DNA from: Octopus sinensis
Taxonomy: Eukaryota
Direction of reading: 5' to 3'
Assembly (NCBI RefSeq): GCF_006345805.1
Contig: NC_042998.1
Span: forward strand, 171,306,001-171,370,000
DNA: 64,000 nucleotides
Shown piece after piece: positions 24,663 through 38,279 of the stretch. The position numbers and the translations under genes were made by a program. Within the stretch, counting starts at the first letter, position 1; every line of letters starts with the position of its first letter. A model generated the notes under the pieces. It saw only the letters and a program-made list of their open reading frames with translations. It was not told the origin of the DNA and did not search any database.

Positions 24663-25833
24663 TGAGGGAGAGTCAAAAATTATACTCACGCCTGTTTTTT
24701 CAAAGTATTTACACAAAAGCAGGGGATAAAAAAGCACGTCATTTTTCTATATAGTCTCCCTCCTTTTCGGTACACTTGGTCCAGCGGTCCACAAGCTTGC
24801 GTATTCCCTCCAAGAAGGTTTTCAGTTGGTAGTTCAACCACTTATGCACCGCTTCTTTCACATCTTCATCCGTAGGAAGTCAACGACCTCGTAAACCATC
24901 TCTGAGCGGTCCAAAGATATGATTGTCGGAAGGGGCGAGATCTGGGCTGTAAGTAGGGTGTGCCGGCACCTCAAAACCCAATTGGTTAATGGTTTCAATG
25001 GTCGACAATAGGTTTCAGCGTTTGGGGCGAATTGCTAGCTTCAGTTTGTTGGCCAGCAAAGCCCTGTATCTTGCACTGTTGATTGTATACCCCTTTTCCA
25101 GGTAGTCTTCCAGTATAGGCCCTTTTGAGTCTCAAAAAAGGGTTAGCACCACCTTTCCCATGTAAGACTGAGTCTTGAATTTCTTCGTCGCTGGCGAGCC
25201 AATATGTTTCCACTCCATACTCTATCTTTTGGATTCTGCCTCATAAAGATGGACCTACGTTTCATCTCCTGTGACTATTTTGCTCAAAAATTCTTCATTG
25301 TTGTAGTGATCGAGTAAACGTTGGCAGGCCTCAAGACGTTTGTGCTTGTGCTCTGCAGTAAGCTCCCCTGTCACCCATCTTGCACAGACTTTATGGAAGA
25401 CGAGCTCATCCTGGATGATTTGATAAACAGAACCATGATTAATCTGCAGAGAACGAGCTACCACATCGATAATTACTCGCCGGTTCACCATTAACATCTT
25501 TAGAGCTTGCTAAATCTTCTCGTCAGTAGTGGAGGTTGACGGGCGTCCTGCTTCTTCTTCGTGCATCACGCTTGTCCAATGAATTTCAGCACCTGACACA
25601 CCTTCCGTCCAACGAAATCGAATCACTGCTCTTTGTTTTTCTATAGCGCACATTGCTAGAGGGGCGGCCATTCTTACACAGAAAATCCAGAAAGAAAAAT
25701 GGCGGGATCAGGCTCAAAAATCAATCACGTGACCATAATAATACGAACTATAAGCACGCATGCGCAGAAGGCAGTGTGACAATAATAAAGATATGTTATG
25801 GCGAAAATGCAGATAATTTTTGATTTCCCCTCG
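24663..25833 (-). mobile_element. Near full-length mariner (DD34D) relic, pseudogenised transposase
   Basis: TIRs (T/C)GAGGG(A/G)..TCAAAAATTAT, TA flank on the left and CA on the right. Motifs KVCARWVTGELT, IVTGDET, YSPDLAPSD. Confidence 0.93.
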
Positions 25834-25891
25834 CATTTCAAATAGGTATGTTATAATCACCACAGAGTGACTAACAATAACAATAATTTTG

Positions 25892-25934
<43 letters not shown>

Positions 25935-26107
25935 CATATATACATATATATTAATACATACATTTAAGTAAATATGAGTATACACACACATGCATACACA
26001 CATACACACACACACACACATATATATACATACACATCCCCCTCACATATATACAAACACACACACACACACGCACATACACATATCTGTATATACACAC
26101 ATACATA

Positions 26108-26555
26108 CGAGGTGGTATCAGAAAGTTCTCGGACTAGTTCTGTAGATGGCAGCACACGGTTGCGTGCGTAGTGAGAGCTAGCAGTGACTTTTATGAGGCA
26201 GTGTACCGAGTCATATATCTGTGTTTACTTTGCAAGTTGTGAAATTTTTGCTTTTGTGATCACTTGTATGATGTAGTCTGCAATTTTGTCGTGGACAGAA
26301 AATTGGAACAAAAAACCAATGGGAAATTCTGCGTTAAACTTGGGAAGTCGACTACAGAGACATTGAGTATGCTTCAACGTCCCTGGAAGACGCTGAGCGA
26401 TCTGGAAGAACTGTCAAGAGTGCCAATGTGGTATTGTGCATAGTGAATTCGTCCTTCGGGGCGAGACTGTCAATCGAGCGTTCTACTGCGATGTTTGAAG
26501 CGTTTGAATTCTTCAAACGCTTCATTCGACAAAAGCGATAGGATCTGCGGATCCG
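26108..26555 (+). mobile_element. Truncated mariner fragment (left TIR plus HTH remnants)
   Basis: TA-CGAGGTGGTATCAGAAAGTTC end; DRKLEQK...KFCVKLGKS remnant. Confidence 0.75.
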
Positions 26556-26556
<1 letters not shown>

Positions 26557-26628
<72 letters not shown>

Positions 26629-26686
26629 GTATATATATTTATGCATATGCATATATACATATATATATACATATATATATATAATC

Positions 26687-26777
<91 letters not shown>

Positions 26778-26868
26778 TATACATATATATATATACATAT
26801 ACACATATATATGCATATATATATACACCTTTATGTGTATGTGTATATATTTATATATATATATATAC
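26557..26868. repeat. (TA)n-rich microsatellite
   Basis: Direct reading. Confidence 0.95.
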
Positions 26869-27644
26869 ATTTCATGTTTGACAATACGTTTTATCGACAA
26901 AAATCCGGAATTCCCTTGGGCAGTAGAGCAGCCCCAGTCATTACGAACCTAAAAATGGGCTATCAGGAAATAGTAATATACCAGGAATTTTTATCTATCT
27001 TTCCCAATACATAAAAGAAAATTGGAAAAGATTCCTAGACGACTGTTTCATACGCTGGAATGAAAGCACAGACAAACTTCTGAAATGCAAAAGACTATTG
27101 AACTGCGTCAACCAAAACATACTGTTCATAATGGAGTACAACCAAAAAGAGCTCCTATTCTTGGATTTACTAATTAAAAAGATAAACCTAAAAATAGAAA
27201 AGTACATATTTTACAAAACCACAGACGTCAAACAACATCTACTATTTAATTCATGACACCCAAGACACACCAAAACAAAATCCCCTTCAACCTTACAAGA
27301 AGGATATGTGCAATAGTGTCAGAAAAAATACCAGAGACTTTAGACTGCAAGAACTCAAAAACACCCTAATTGATAGATACTACCTAGTTCACCTCATAAA
27401 GGATGGAATCAGACGTGCAACACAAATCAACATAGAAACCTCAAAAAAAGTTCAACACAGCAACACACCTTCCCTGAAAATACTGCCGTACATATCCTCA
27501 TACAACCCCAGAAGCAAAGAAGCCTTCGCCATCATCACCCCAAATTTACCAATGCTACATAAGGACCTCAAATTAAAGGAAATTTTACACACACATAAGA
27601 TCATTAAAAGCCATAAATAACCGAAATCACTAATAAAGATCCTC

Positions 27645-28120
27645 ATAAAGGATATTTAGGCGACGCTCTTGGCGTGTGTATGGCGCCCAAGTCTCACTTC
27701 CATACAGTAGAGTGCTAAGTACACCAAAGCTGCTGAGGATCATCAAATCTTTCCATGATGATATGCAAGGCACCATACAGCACAATGGTTCAACATCAGC
27801 CGCCTTCCAAATAAAAAAAAACGGCGTAAAGCTCCTACATTATTTGGCATTTTCTCGCTGCTGCTGTCACATGCCTTTGAGACATCAAATGATGGAGTAT
27901 TTCTGCGCAGTAGAAGTGACGGGAAACTGTTCAGTCACTCGTGTCTGCGTGCCAAGACCAAAATCAGAAGCGTCCTGATCAAGGAAATGCTATTTGCTGA
28001 TGATGTCGCTCTGGTATCACACACAGAAGAAGACCTGCAAAGGCTCATCAACTGTTTTAAGCAAGCATGTAGCGACTTTGGCTTAGTTATCAGCCTCAAG
28101 AAGACCAACATCATGGGTCT
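27645..28120. mobile_element. RTE-BovB-like LINE fragment with inverted junction, nested in the PLE
   Basis: Plus strand 27722-28120: PKLLRIIKSFHDDMQG...EMLFADDVALVSHTEEDLQRL...GLVISLKKTNIMG. Minus strand 27645-27721: LSTLLYGSETWAPYTRQERRLN. Confidence 0.88.
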
Positions 28121-28754
28121 ACAAACAACCTAAATCACTTAAAAAGATTCTCACAAAGGCAAAATTGTCTTTTGATATTACGGATGCAAAAGTAAAAAAA
28201 ATGTGGTAGATCGAACTGTGCAACATGTCCAAACCTGCTAGAAGGATCAGAATTCCTCTTTAAAGAGGGACAGAAATTCAAGATCAAATCTAACTTTACT
28301 TGTGCCTCTGAAAACATAATTTATGTCATAAAATGCTCGGGCTGCCACCAAGACTACGTGGGATCCACGGGACTATCACTCAGACGTAGATGCACACTGC
28401 ATCGACAACAGATTGCATTCCCAGAATACAGAATGATACCTTTTAGTGAGCACATTGAGAAATGCGCAAAGCAACTACTACCACAATTTTTAATCTTTCC
28501 ATTTTACCAATGTGCTATCGGATCATCAACACAAATTAGACTAAACAAGGAAACATTCTTCATTGAAAAGTACAAGCCCAGACTTAACCATCCCAACATA
28601 CTGATACAGAGAAATTAACACCAAGGGAAAGGAAAAAAATTTTAAGCGATTATCTCCCTTACACAGGAAGAAATCACTCATTACCTCCCCTTATTTAGAA
28701 CTCTTTTGAACATAAACACAACGATAACCCTGTTCAACATAAACATAACGTCGC

Positions 28755-28793
28755 AAGAAATTTGAAAAGCTAAACGCGAAACCGGTCTTTCTT
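28755..28793 (+). ncRNA. Degenerate hammerhead motif at the PLE 3' end
   Basis: AAGAAA-uUUGAAAA-GC(uaaac)GC-GAA-ACCGGU-C-UUUCUU. Perfect 6-bp stem I, palindromic stem III and GUC, but the CUGANGA box is mutated. Confidence 0.55.
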
Positions 28794-28906
28794 CGAAATT
28801 ATGTCATTATAAGAGAAAAAATTTTTTTAATATTCTTCAGACATATTGACGCAAATATATATATTTTAACATTTAAGCTTCTGTAGTTTTTTCCCTTTTT
28901 ACTATT

Positions 28907-28908
<2 letters not shown>

Positions 28909-28991
<83 letters not shown>
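28909..28991. repeat. (AT)n microsatellite
   Basis: Direct reading. Confidence 0.95.
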
Positions 28992-28995
<4 letters not shown>

Positions 28996-29153
28996 AGTAA
29001 TTGAATGAATTATCTTATTAAGGATAATTCGAAAGATAACCGATACCTGGGTAGCAAATTCACATCAGAAAGAACACGGATTATCGCCATGGCTCCTTGA
29101 GAGCGGTCAGCTGAAAGTTTTTTGTGCATTTTGATGTCGACGTAAGTTCCTTG

Positions 29154-29238
29154 ATTTTCCTGATGAGAAATCTGCATAATGTACTCCTTATTCATTCGGA
29201 ATTAGGAATATGCACCCTTCGAAACATATGTCGAGAAT
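29154..29238 (+). ncRNA. Type I hammerhead ribozyme motif with intact core and extended stem II
   Basis: AUUUUC-CUGAUGA-[GAA..UGCAUA...UAUGCA..UUC, 54 nt]-GAA-ACAUAUGU-C-GAGAAU. 6-bp stem I (one G-U), palindromic ACAUAUGU stem III, GUC site (cleavage after 29232). Confidence 0.85.
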
Positions 29239-29292
29239 AAAGGATATTTGTTAACTAGTCGTTCAACTCCATTCTTTCATATACTTATAATT

Positions 29293-29620
<328 letters not shown>

Positions 29621-30299
29621 TAAATATGATATAAAGCATCGAAGTATTCAATATAACTATTTATTGGAATAATGTATGCTATGTCCATTTACCTGAGGGT
29701 TCAATACTCTCCTCTTCACATGATGCTTGGCCACAAGAAGATTAACAATCAATTCCTGGTAGTACTAATTGTATTCAGTCTACTTATTGTTAACTCCCAG
29801 TTGCTAGTTATACTTTTCTGTTGAATCGTCAAAAATTAACCACTCAGAGTGGGCCTTTGTTCGATTAGCCTTTTGGTCAATTGTACACGTCAGTAGGTTG
29901 GACAAGAATGGAATGGAATGACTTTAGGTGGATCATGTATCAGTGATAGCGGACATTGGATAATGTCATTTTGCGAATTCTAAACTCATGCTCAAATTCT
30001 TCATCTGGAATGATGTAACAACGGGCTTAATATTTTTAATCATAAATTCATTTAATTCCCGTAACTGTTCTTCGTTTATTGTTAGCGTAATTTATCTGCA
30101 TACTAAAAGGGGGAAAACAACAAAAAATGTTTTATCAGATACAATATATTTCCCATGATCTTTGCTCGCTATTACACAAACGTAAAGGATTAATCAGAAA
30201 ATGAAAAAAAAAACCCCTCATAAAACCAATCAAAACCCCCATAAAACCAATCAAGTAGCCTTCAATATGACATGATGCATGAGTGTGTATGTACTTATA

Positions 30300-31566
30300 C
30301 AGGGTGATTCAAAATTAAGGCAACCAACTTCTTTCAATTTTGCTAAAGCAAAATATAGTTATATTTCAGGCCTGAGCGTTGCAATGCAACGGTAAAGGAA
30401 ACACAGTTATGACACTACCACATTTATTCGATATGACCTCCTCTGTTTCGAATCACAGCCTTATATCTAGGTACAAATGCCTCACACGCAGCGTGCAGCT
30501 GGTTTTGCCGAATCGAATCCCATTCCTGGTATAGTTTTGTCTTCAAAGCGTCGAGCAAAGCATGAGTGCTCGAGACCCTCGTCTCAAAAATGGACCAAAC
30601 AAAAATCCAACGGGTTGAGATTGGGGGTTCTTGAGGGCCATACATCCTTGCCTATGAACGACGGAATGTTTTTCTGAATCTTTTGTTGTGTCTGTTTCGA
30701 GTTGTGGGATGATGCCGAGTCCTGTTGGAGGTATTCCAAGGTGACTCATTCACTCATGGAAGCAGTTCAGCTCCCAGAATGTCGCTAATGTATTGCTGGG
30801 TGTTAATTTTAACACCGGAGGGTACAAAAACGTGGGGAGACCTTCCAGTAGTTGTCACAGTCACCCAAACCATAACTAACTGTGGATTTTGACGTCGATT
30901 TACAAGTGTATCCTCAACGGAGCCAGATACACTCCAAAGTCGGTCATTCTAGTGGTTTACTGTCCGTTCGATGTCAAATTTCTTTTCATCAGTGAACACC
31001 AGGTCGGGAAGCATGTCTTCAGCAAACTGACGCAGGATAAGACGACTTCTCTTCAGTCACATGGCCTTATAAACACCCGTGAGCGCATGATAGCGGATCA
31101 TCTTGTAGGGATGGGTCCTGAGATCCTCTTTCAGCACTCGATACATCGATGTTCGGCTTATTTTCGCTGTGGCTACAAGTTTTCTGATGAAACGACGAGG
31201 ATTTCGCCATATTTTTTCTCTGGTACCGTTGATAAGCCGAGGGGTCAGCATACTTCTTTTTTGGTCACATCCTAGTCATTCAGCGGTCGAACAATTCATT
31301 TGAAATTTCTTGTCAATTTTCCAGACTGTTTTTCGGTTAATTTAAAGCTTTTTTGCTATAACTGTTTTACTTTAGCCTCCTTTGTGGGGGTTATGATTGT
31401 ATTTCGGTCTATAGGCATTATTTATTTTATAAATTTGAGTTTATTTAGTCTGAAACAAAAAGAAGACACACTAAGCTTTTATAATGATGTATAATTTTCA
31501 TATTTTATCACATTTATTGAGTTATTAAAACCCGAAGCTTCGGTTGCATAATTTCGGGACACCCTG
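30300..31566 (-). mobile_element. Tc1/mariner superfamily relic (DD37D/maT-like)
   Basis: TA-CAGGGTG...CACCCTG-TA ends. Motifs VFTDEKKF, QQDSA, WPSRTPNLNPLDF, KAVIRNRGGHIE. Frameshifted. Confidence 0.9.
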
Positions 31567-31599
31567 TATATAATGTGTCTGGAATGGAACGACAATGCA

Positions 31600-32591
31600 C
31601 TATATTAACAACAATGGACTATAAAGACTGTTATAATTTAATCATCCTTTGATATAATATTTCGGCATACAAAAATTCCTCCTTCAGATATCCCTAGAAA
31701 TTGATCGAGTCACTGCTATAATCGGTTTTCCAACGGTTTTTTTTCTCCCAAAAGCGCCTCTGCAGTGGTCTCACGAAGTTCCTTCCGGAATTCCTCATGA
31801 GAAGTGCGTGAGGGCGGCCATGTCTCAAACTCGTGTGTGTTGGCACATCCGTAGCGCTGATTCTAAGTTATGTATTATACATGCAGTTTCCTTTTTTATA
31901 TTTTTTATTCTCTCTTTTATTTTATAAACAATATATGAGCATGTTATCAGAAATGAACCTACATGCATTCAGATGTAGCTAAATAATATATTGGGGACCT
32001 AATCTGTCTATGAGGATACCTTCCTTAATTCTTAGATTACCCAGATTTCTTTCATTGGCCTCAATTGTGACTGTTATGCTTTTGTCGGTATTCTAGCATC
32101 TGTTTAGATGTTTTCTAAAGGAGGAGGCTCTCGTGTTTAGATGTTCATTGATGCGAATGTGTAACGGTCTTGTTGTGCTACCCACATAGAACTTGTTGCA
32201 TTTGTTACACTGTATTCTATACACATTTACCCGTAGGCATAAGTCTGTGTCACAGACGGGGCAGTTTGCTAGTGTGCATTGATGGCTGTCCTTTGCTGTT
32301 TCTTTGCGAGGTGTCTTCTCAGAGAGAAAACCAACGGGTACCCTATATCCATTGTAAATCGGCTTAAGTACCCAAGACGACAAACACGCCGAACACAAAG
32401 AAAACCCAGCAACACATGCTTCCTTAAAATACCCCATTTTAGCCATAAGAAGAGAAGAACTAGACATACAACTAGCCCACTCGGGCCCCTCTCTCAGAAG
32501 ACACCTCGCAAAGAAACGAGCAAGGGACAGCAATCAATGAACACTAGCAAACTGCCCCGTGTTACACAGATTTGTGCCTACGGGTAAATGT
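31600..32591 (-). mobile_element. PLE 3' fragment (GIY-YIG plus terminal repeat) with an inverted 5' segment
   Basis: NVYRIQCNKCNKFYVGSTTRPLHIRINEH on the minus strand. Plus-strand linker NGYP...FLKIPHFS. Inverted repeat 32223-32326 / 32489-32591. Confidence 0.85.
31651..31692 (-). ncRNA. Type I minimal hammerhead motif, partly degenerate
   Basis: Minus strand GAUAU-CUGAAGG-a-GGAAU(uuuugu)AUGCC-GAA-AUAU-U-AUAUC. Perfect 5-bp stem I and palindromic AUAU stem III; A9 is replaced by G and stem II has one mismatch. Confidence 0.65.
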
Positions 32592-32681
32592 TGTTATAGT
32601 GCATTGTTGTGCCATTCAAGACACATTATATTTTACAAACAATACACAATGCTCCAAGCGAACTACAATACTCTCCTATAT

Positions 32682-33088
32682 AGGCGTAGGAGTGGCTGTG
32701 TGGTAAGTAGCTTGCTTGCCAAACACATAGTTCCGGGTTCAGTCCCACTGCGTGGCACCTTGGGTAAGCGTCTTCTACTATAGCCTCGGGCCGACCAAAG
32801 CCTTGTGAGTGGATTTGGTAGACGGAAACTGAAAGAAGCCCGTCGTATATATGTGTATATATATATGTGTGTGTGTATATGTTTGTGTGTCAGTGTTTGT
32901 CCCCCCAACATCGCTTGACAACCGATGCTGGTGTGTTTACGTCCCCGTAACGTAGCAGTTCGACAAAAGAGACCGATAGAATAAGTACTAAGCTTACAAA
33001 GAATAAATCCTGGGGTCGTTTTGCTCGACTAAAGGCGGTGTTTCAGCATGGCCACAGTCAAATGACTGAAACAAGTAAAAAAAAAAAG
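32682..33088 (+). mobile_element. tRNA-derived SINE, family B (well preserved)
   Basis: A-box-like TGGCTGTGTGG, B-box-like GGTTCAGTCCC, GGCACCTTGGGTAAG segment, internal (TG)n, A-rich tail. Homologous copies elsewhere in the window. Confidence 0.9.
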
Positions 33089-33232
33089 AGATATATATGC
33101 TTGTGCGCGCGCGCGCACATGTATGTATGTTCGTATGTATTTATCTATATATGTTATATGGATCATTTTGCGAGTACCTGGATGTGGTTCAATGACTGAA
33201 ACCAGCAAGAGAATAAAGTCATAAAGTATATA

Positions 33233-34463
<1,231 letters not shown>

Positions 34464-34689
34464 ATCACATTTTAATTATAATTTGGTGGCTTTTGCTCAG
34501 TTTTTGTTGTTTGATTCTAGGCCCACTCTGACTACCGTTCCACCACAAAATACTACGTATTTTATGTATGTATATGTGTCTAAGTTCTTGTGAGTGTTTG
34601 CCGTGTTTGTCCAGGTGTGTTCGCTATTAGATGTCTGTGTTTCATACGCACGTCTTTTCTATGTCTAAGTTTTGTATGTTTTATCTTTA

Positions 34690-35077
34690 ATCATTTACTT
34701 GTGTCAGTCATTAAAATGCGATCATGCTGGGGCACCGCCTGGGGAAATCTTAGTCGAAGGAATCGATCGCAGTACTTTTTTAAAGCCAGATACTTATTCT
34801 ATCGGTAAATTTGGTTGAACCGCTAAGTTACGCGGACTTAAACACACCAACACTGATTGTCAAGAGAAGGTGGGAGACAAACACAAAGATACACAGATAC
34901 ACACATATATACACGACAGGTTTCTTTCAGTTTCCTTCTACCAAAAACACTCACAAGGTTTGGTCGGCCCTCGGCTATAGTAGAAATGACTTGCCCTAGG
35001 TGCCACACGGTGGGACTGAATCCGAAACTATGTAGTTGGGAAGCAAACTGCTTACCACACAACTACGTCTGCGCCTA
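34690..35077 (-). mobile_element. tRNA-derived SINE, family B
   Basis: Reverse complement of 32682-33088. Confidence 0.87.
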
Positions 35078-35629
35078 TGTTTACTATGTTCCTCAGCTTG
35101 GCGGTGTGTGTGTGTGTTTGCGTGTATTTTCCTGAATATTTCCTTCTACTTACACTCGTTATTTTTCATTGTCTGTTGGGCTTCAATGGAGAGAAGCTAT
35201 TTTTTCCGCATTGATATAATAAAGAACAAAATTTCCCTGTTTTGAGCTTGGTAGTGAAATACCCTTTAGGTAAAAAGGCTTGAGTACATTAATCAAAATA
35301 GTCTATCCTCACAATCGGCAGATTTTGCTAAAATTACGGTACACATAAGCAGAAAGTTTGACAATAAACTTTAGTATCCATCTATCCGTCCGTCCGTCCT
35401 TATGACTTCAGACAAAAGAACGACGGCAGCAACTATAACAACTAGAGCTCCGAATGGTTCATCATTTCCCGGTTGTCCGGTCATTTGGTTGATGTGAGTC
35501 AGAGTGCACGTGGTGGAAGCGAAAGCCCCCGAAAGTTGTACTGCGTACTGATCCAGCTCATTTATATGGTGCTTTGAAACGCCTCTGCCATTTAACCTTC
35601 AGTAACATCTCGAGCTTTCACCGTCGTAG

Positions 35630-35812
35630 TTTGATTGGTTCTAACGAATAACAGCAGATCACCCCAATTCTATGGCTGATTCTACACGATCGTTGGATTA
35701 TTAGAAACAACAGCCAAATTACGTCCTATCATCTTAAATGTGAACATTGTATTGATAGCCGAGAAGTTTTACAAATCTGCTCAACCAAGATTGACCTGGG
35801 TTTAAGCAACCA
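35630..35812 (+). mobile_element. Probable short interspersed repeat, family C (diverged)
   Basis: Patchy similarity to 16370-16640. Confidence 0.35.
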
Positions 35813-37171
35813 CTTTAGTCGGTCTTAACAAATATCTCTCAATTAAGCTCCTTAGCCAAGCATTACTCCCTAGAATGTAACACATTTGGAATTTCTGCCC
35901 CACCACATTTCCGTTGCAATCTGGAAGGATCCAAGCTTGTTATGAGCATTGTATTTGCATTTGCAACCAAAACAAGCTGTCTCTGTGTCTCTCTGTCTGT
36001 CTCTTATCAAAACTGATAGCTTAAAGTGGCAGGTAAGTACTGAAGTCAATATAATCCACTAACCTCCCCATAAACTGTGTGTGTGTGTATGTGTGTGTGA
36101 AAGTGTGTGTGAAAGTGTGTGTGTGAGCGCATGTACCATCATATATAGTGATGATCGTGTGTTTATATGATTATGCAAACTAGTAAATTATTCGTTAACT
36201 TTTGTTCATTTAGCACTTTGCTAACTTTAAGTAAGAAAAATGATATAAAGCATACCGACATTTCAAGAGTGCTTCCAAAAAGAAAAACTAATTGCTAAAT
36301 TCCCGAAAATAACAGTATACACTACATTCATAAATTATAAGCTGATGTCTTGACGCTAAATTAGGCTTTCAAAAACTTAGCATGATAAGATTGTTAAGAA
36401 TATATCTGTTTTTTCTGATTGGTTCAGTGCTGTGCTCATTTTGCTCAGAATACAACACAAAGTAACGGCATTCAAATAAACGATTATTAAACAGAAAGGA
36501 TAGGAAATATATATAATCGGTTATGCAACTGAAGACATTTCACTCACAGCAAAATTGTATTTATGGTTCTAGTCTTTTCCTTATATTTGATGCTATCTAT
36601 TGCAACAAAGGAAGTTTTAATGCTATGTAATCCAAGAATAGCAAAAATTCCTACAAACTGAAGCTTGTAGTTACAATGGTTTGCAGAAACAGTTTATGAA
36701 TCAAGAAAGGAGTACTGTAATCCATTGTACTCGATTGCATTATGATAACGGTGCTTAAATTGGACAATTATTCATCACCATAATAACAATTTAATGCTTA
36801 GATGGATTGGTTTGTTAAGAGTTGTGTATTTGTAATCGAGATAATACAAATCTCTGGATGAGATATAGGCTGTAAACTGTCTTGACCGATAGGACAGTGC
36901 TCTCTCAGTTTTACCAGTTGTGCAAATATACATAATTTCAGTATTGATATTATCATCTAAAGCAAAAATAAACCCAAAGGTACGAATGCTTGAGAAATAT
37001 ATTGATGGATCTTTGAAACACACATAAAACATTATTGTGTTTCAACTTTACCAGATTATATTCCTTAGTTTATGAACTGGATTTAGACTTTAAAAGAGGC
37101 TTGTGTATGAAGACATTAATAGAATAGGTGGAGAGAAATTACTATAATCGGGAATTATTATTATTATTATT

Positions 37172-37725
37172 GAGTGAGAGAGCAGTTCATGCCATCAAAG
37201 TGACACTGGGGTAAAATATACGAAGCCCAATATACCCATCATGACTACCCGTCTGATAAAGGTACACCAGGCACATGCATCACAACCATATGTGCGCGAC
37301 ATGGTGATCTCATATCAAGATAAACAACACATGACCTTGCAGGTGGGGCCCAGTTAGAATTTTCTTCAGGTTGAGTAACCCATCCTGCTCAAACGGTCCC
37401 TGAATAAGGGTTGCTTTAGGATGTTGAACGAAACACCTATGTTTCCAGAGGTGAACCATTCAAACTCCAAAGAATCCCTCTCAACACATGGCCATGATGC
37501 TCCCCCACTACTTCTGCTCGTGATCAGAGATGCACATATCGTCAGCCACTAAGGGACATGCTCAACTGGTTAAGGTCAAACAACTGACAAGCAAACCTGT
37601 GGTATTGAGCAGAATATTTGCTGTAGCCCATCTTTTATACCAAGACAAAACAATGTACATGATAACGCTTCCAGTCAGTTAAGATCAGAAGCCATGAGAG
37701 CCACTGCCTGGTACTGCATCAGGGC

Positions 37726-37727
<2 letters not shown>
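37172..37727. mobile_element. Non-coding ~555-bp insertion within an (ATT)n tract
   Basis: GC-richer block bounded by (ATT)n on both sides (37154-37171 and 37728-37914). No ORF or TIR recognised. Confidence 0.55.
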
Positions 37728-37800
<73 letters not shown>

Positions 37801-37814
37801 CATCATTATCATTA

Positions 37815-37849
<35 letters not shown>

Positions 37850-37874
37850 GTTATTATTATCATTGTTGTTGTTG

Positions 37875-37914
<40 letters not shown>
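37728..37914. repeat. (ATT)n trinucleotide microsatellite with ATC/GTT variants
   Basis: Direct reading. Confidence 0.95.
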
Positions 37915-37916
<2 letters not shown>

Positions 37917-38279
37917 TATTAGTGCTCAAGTTGTTTGCTTTTAAGCTTTCAAGGTTTCTTCCCTGTCGTTTCTTGAGAAAATAAAACTACAGTTTCGACA
38001 CCCTACTGCCTGACGTAAAGTATAAACCAGCGTCAAACCGAGTGGCCATTTGGTAGGAATAGACAGTAATTTATCAACAATCAAAGAATAAATGGTTATA
38101 TAACTCCTATTATCTCCTATTCTTGAACTAGCAATAGAATCGAACTCGGAGCCTCATGATATCGAACCTCACATTTCAATCATGAGCAGTAAAAATATGA
38201 ACCTACAAAAATCCCATTATGATTTTTGTCGTTATTGATATTGTATCATTTAACACGAACTTTAACTCCCAACTGTTAC

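Larger units (their letters stand above)
26870..28850 (+). mobile_element. Degraded Penelope-like element(s): RT C-terminal half, linker, GIY-YIG endonuclease and 3' region
   Basis: [90 protein letters not shown]. Confidence 0.9.

Noticed and set aside
32682-32755. tRNA gene
   Set aside because: Only A/B boxes of a SINE head, no full cloverleaf. The same holds for family A heads.
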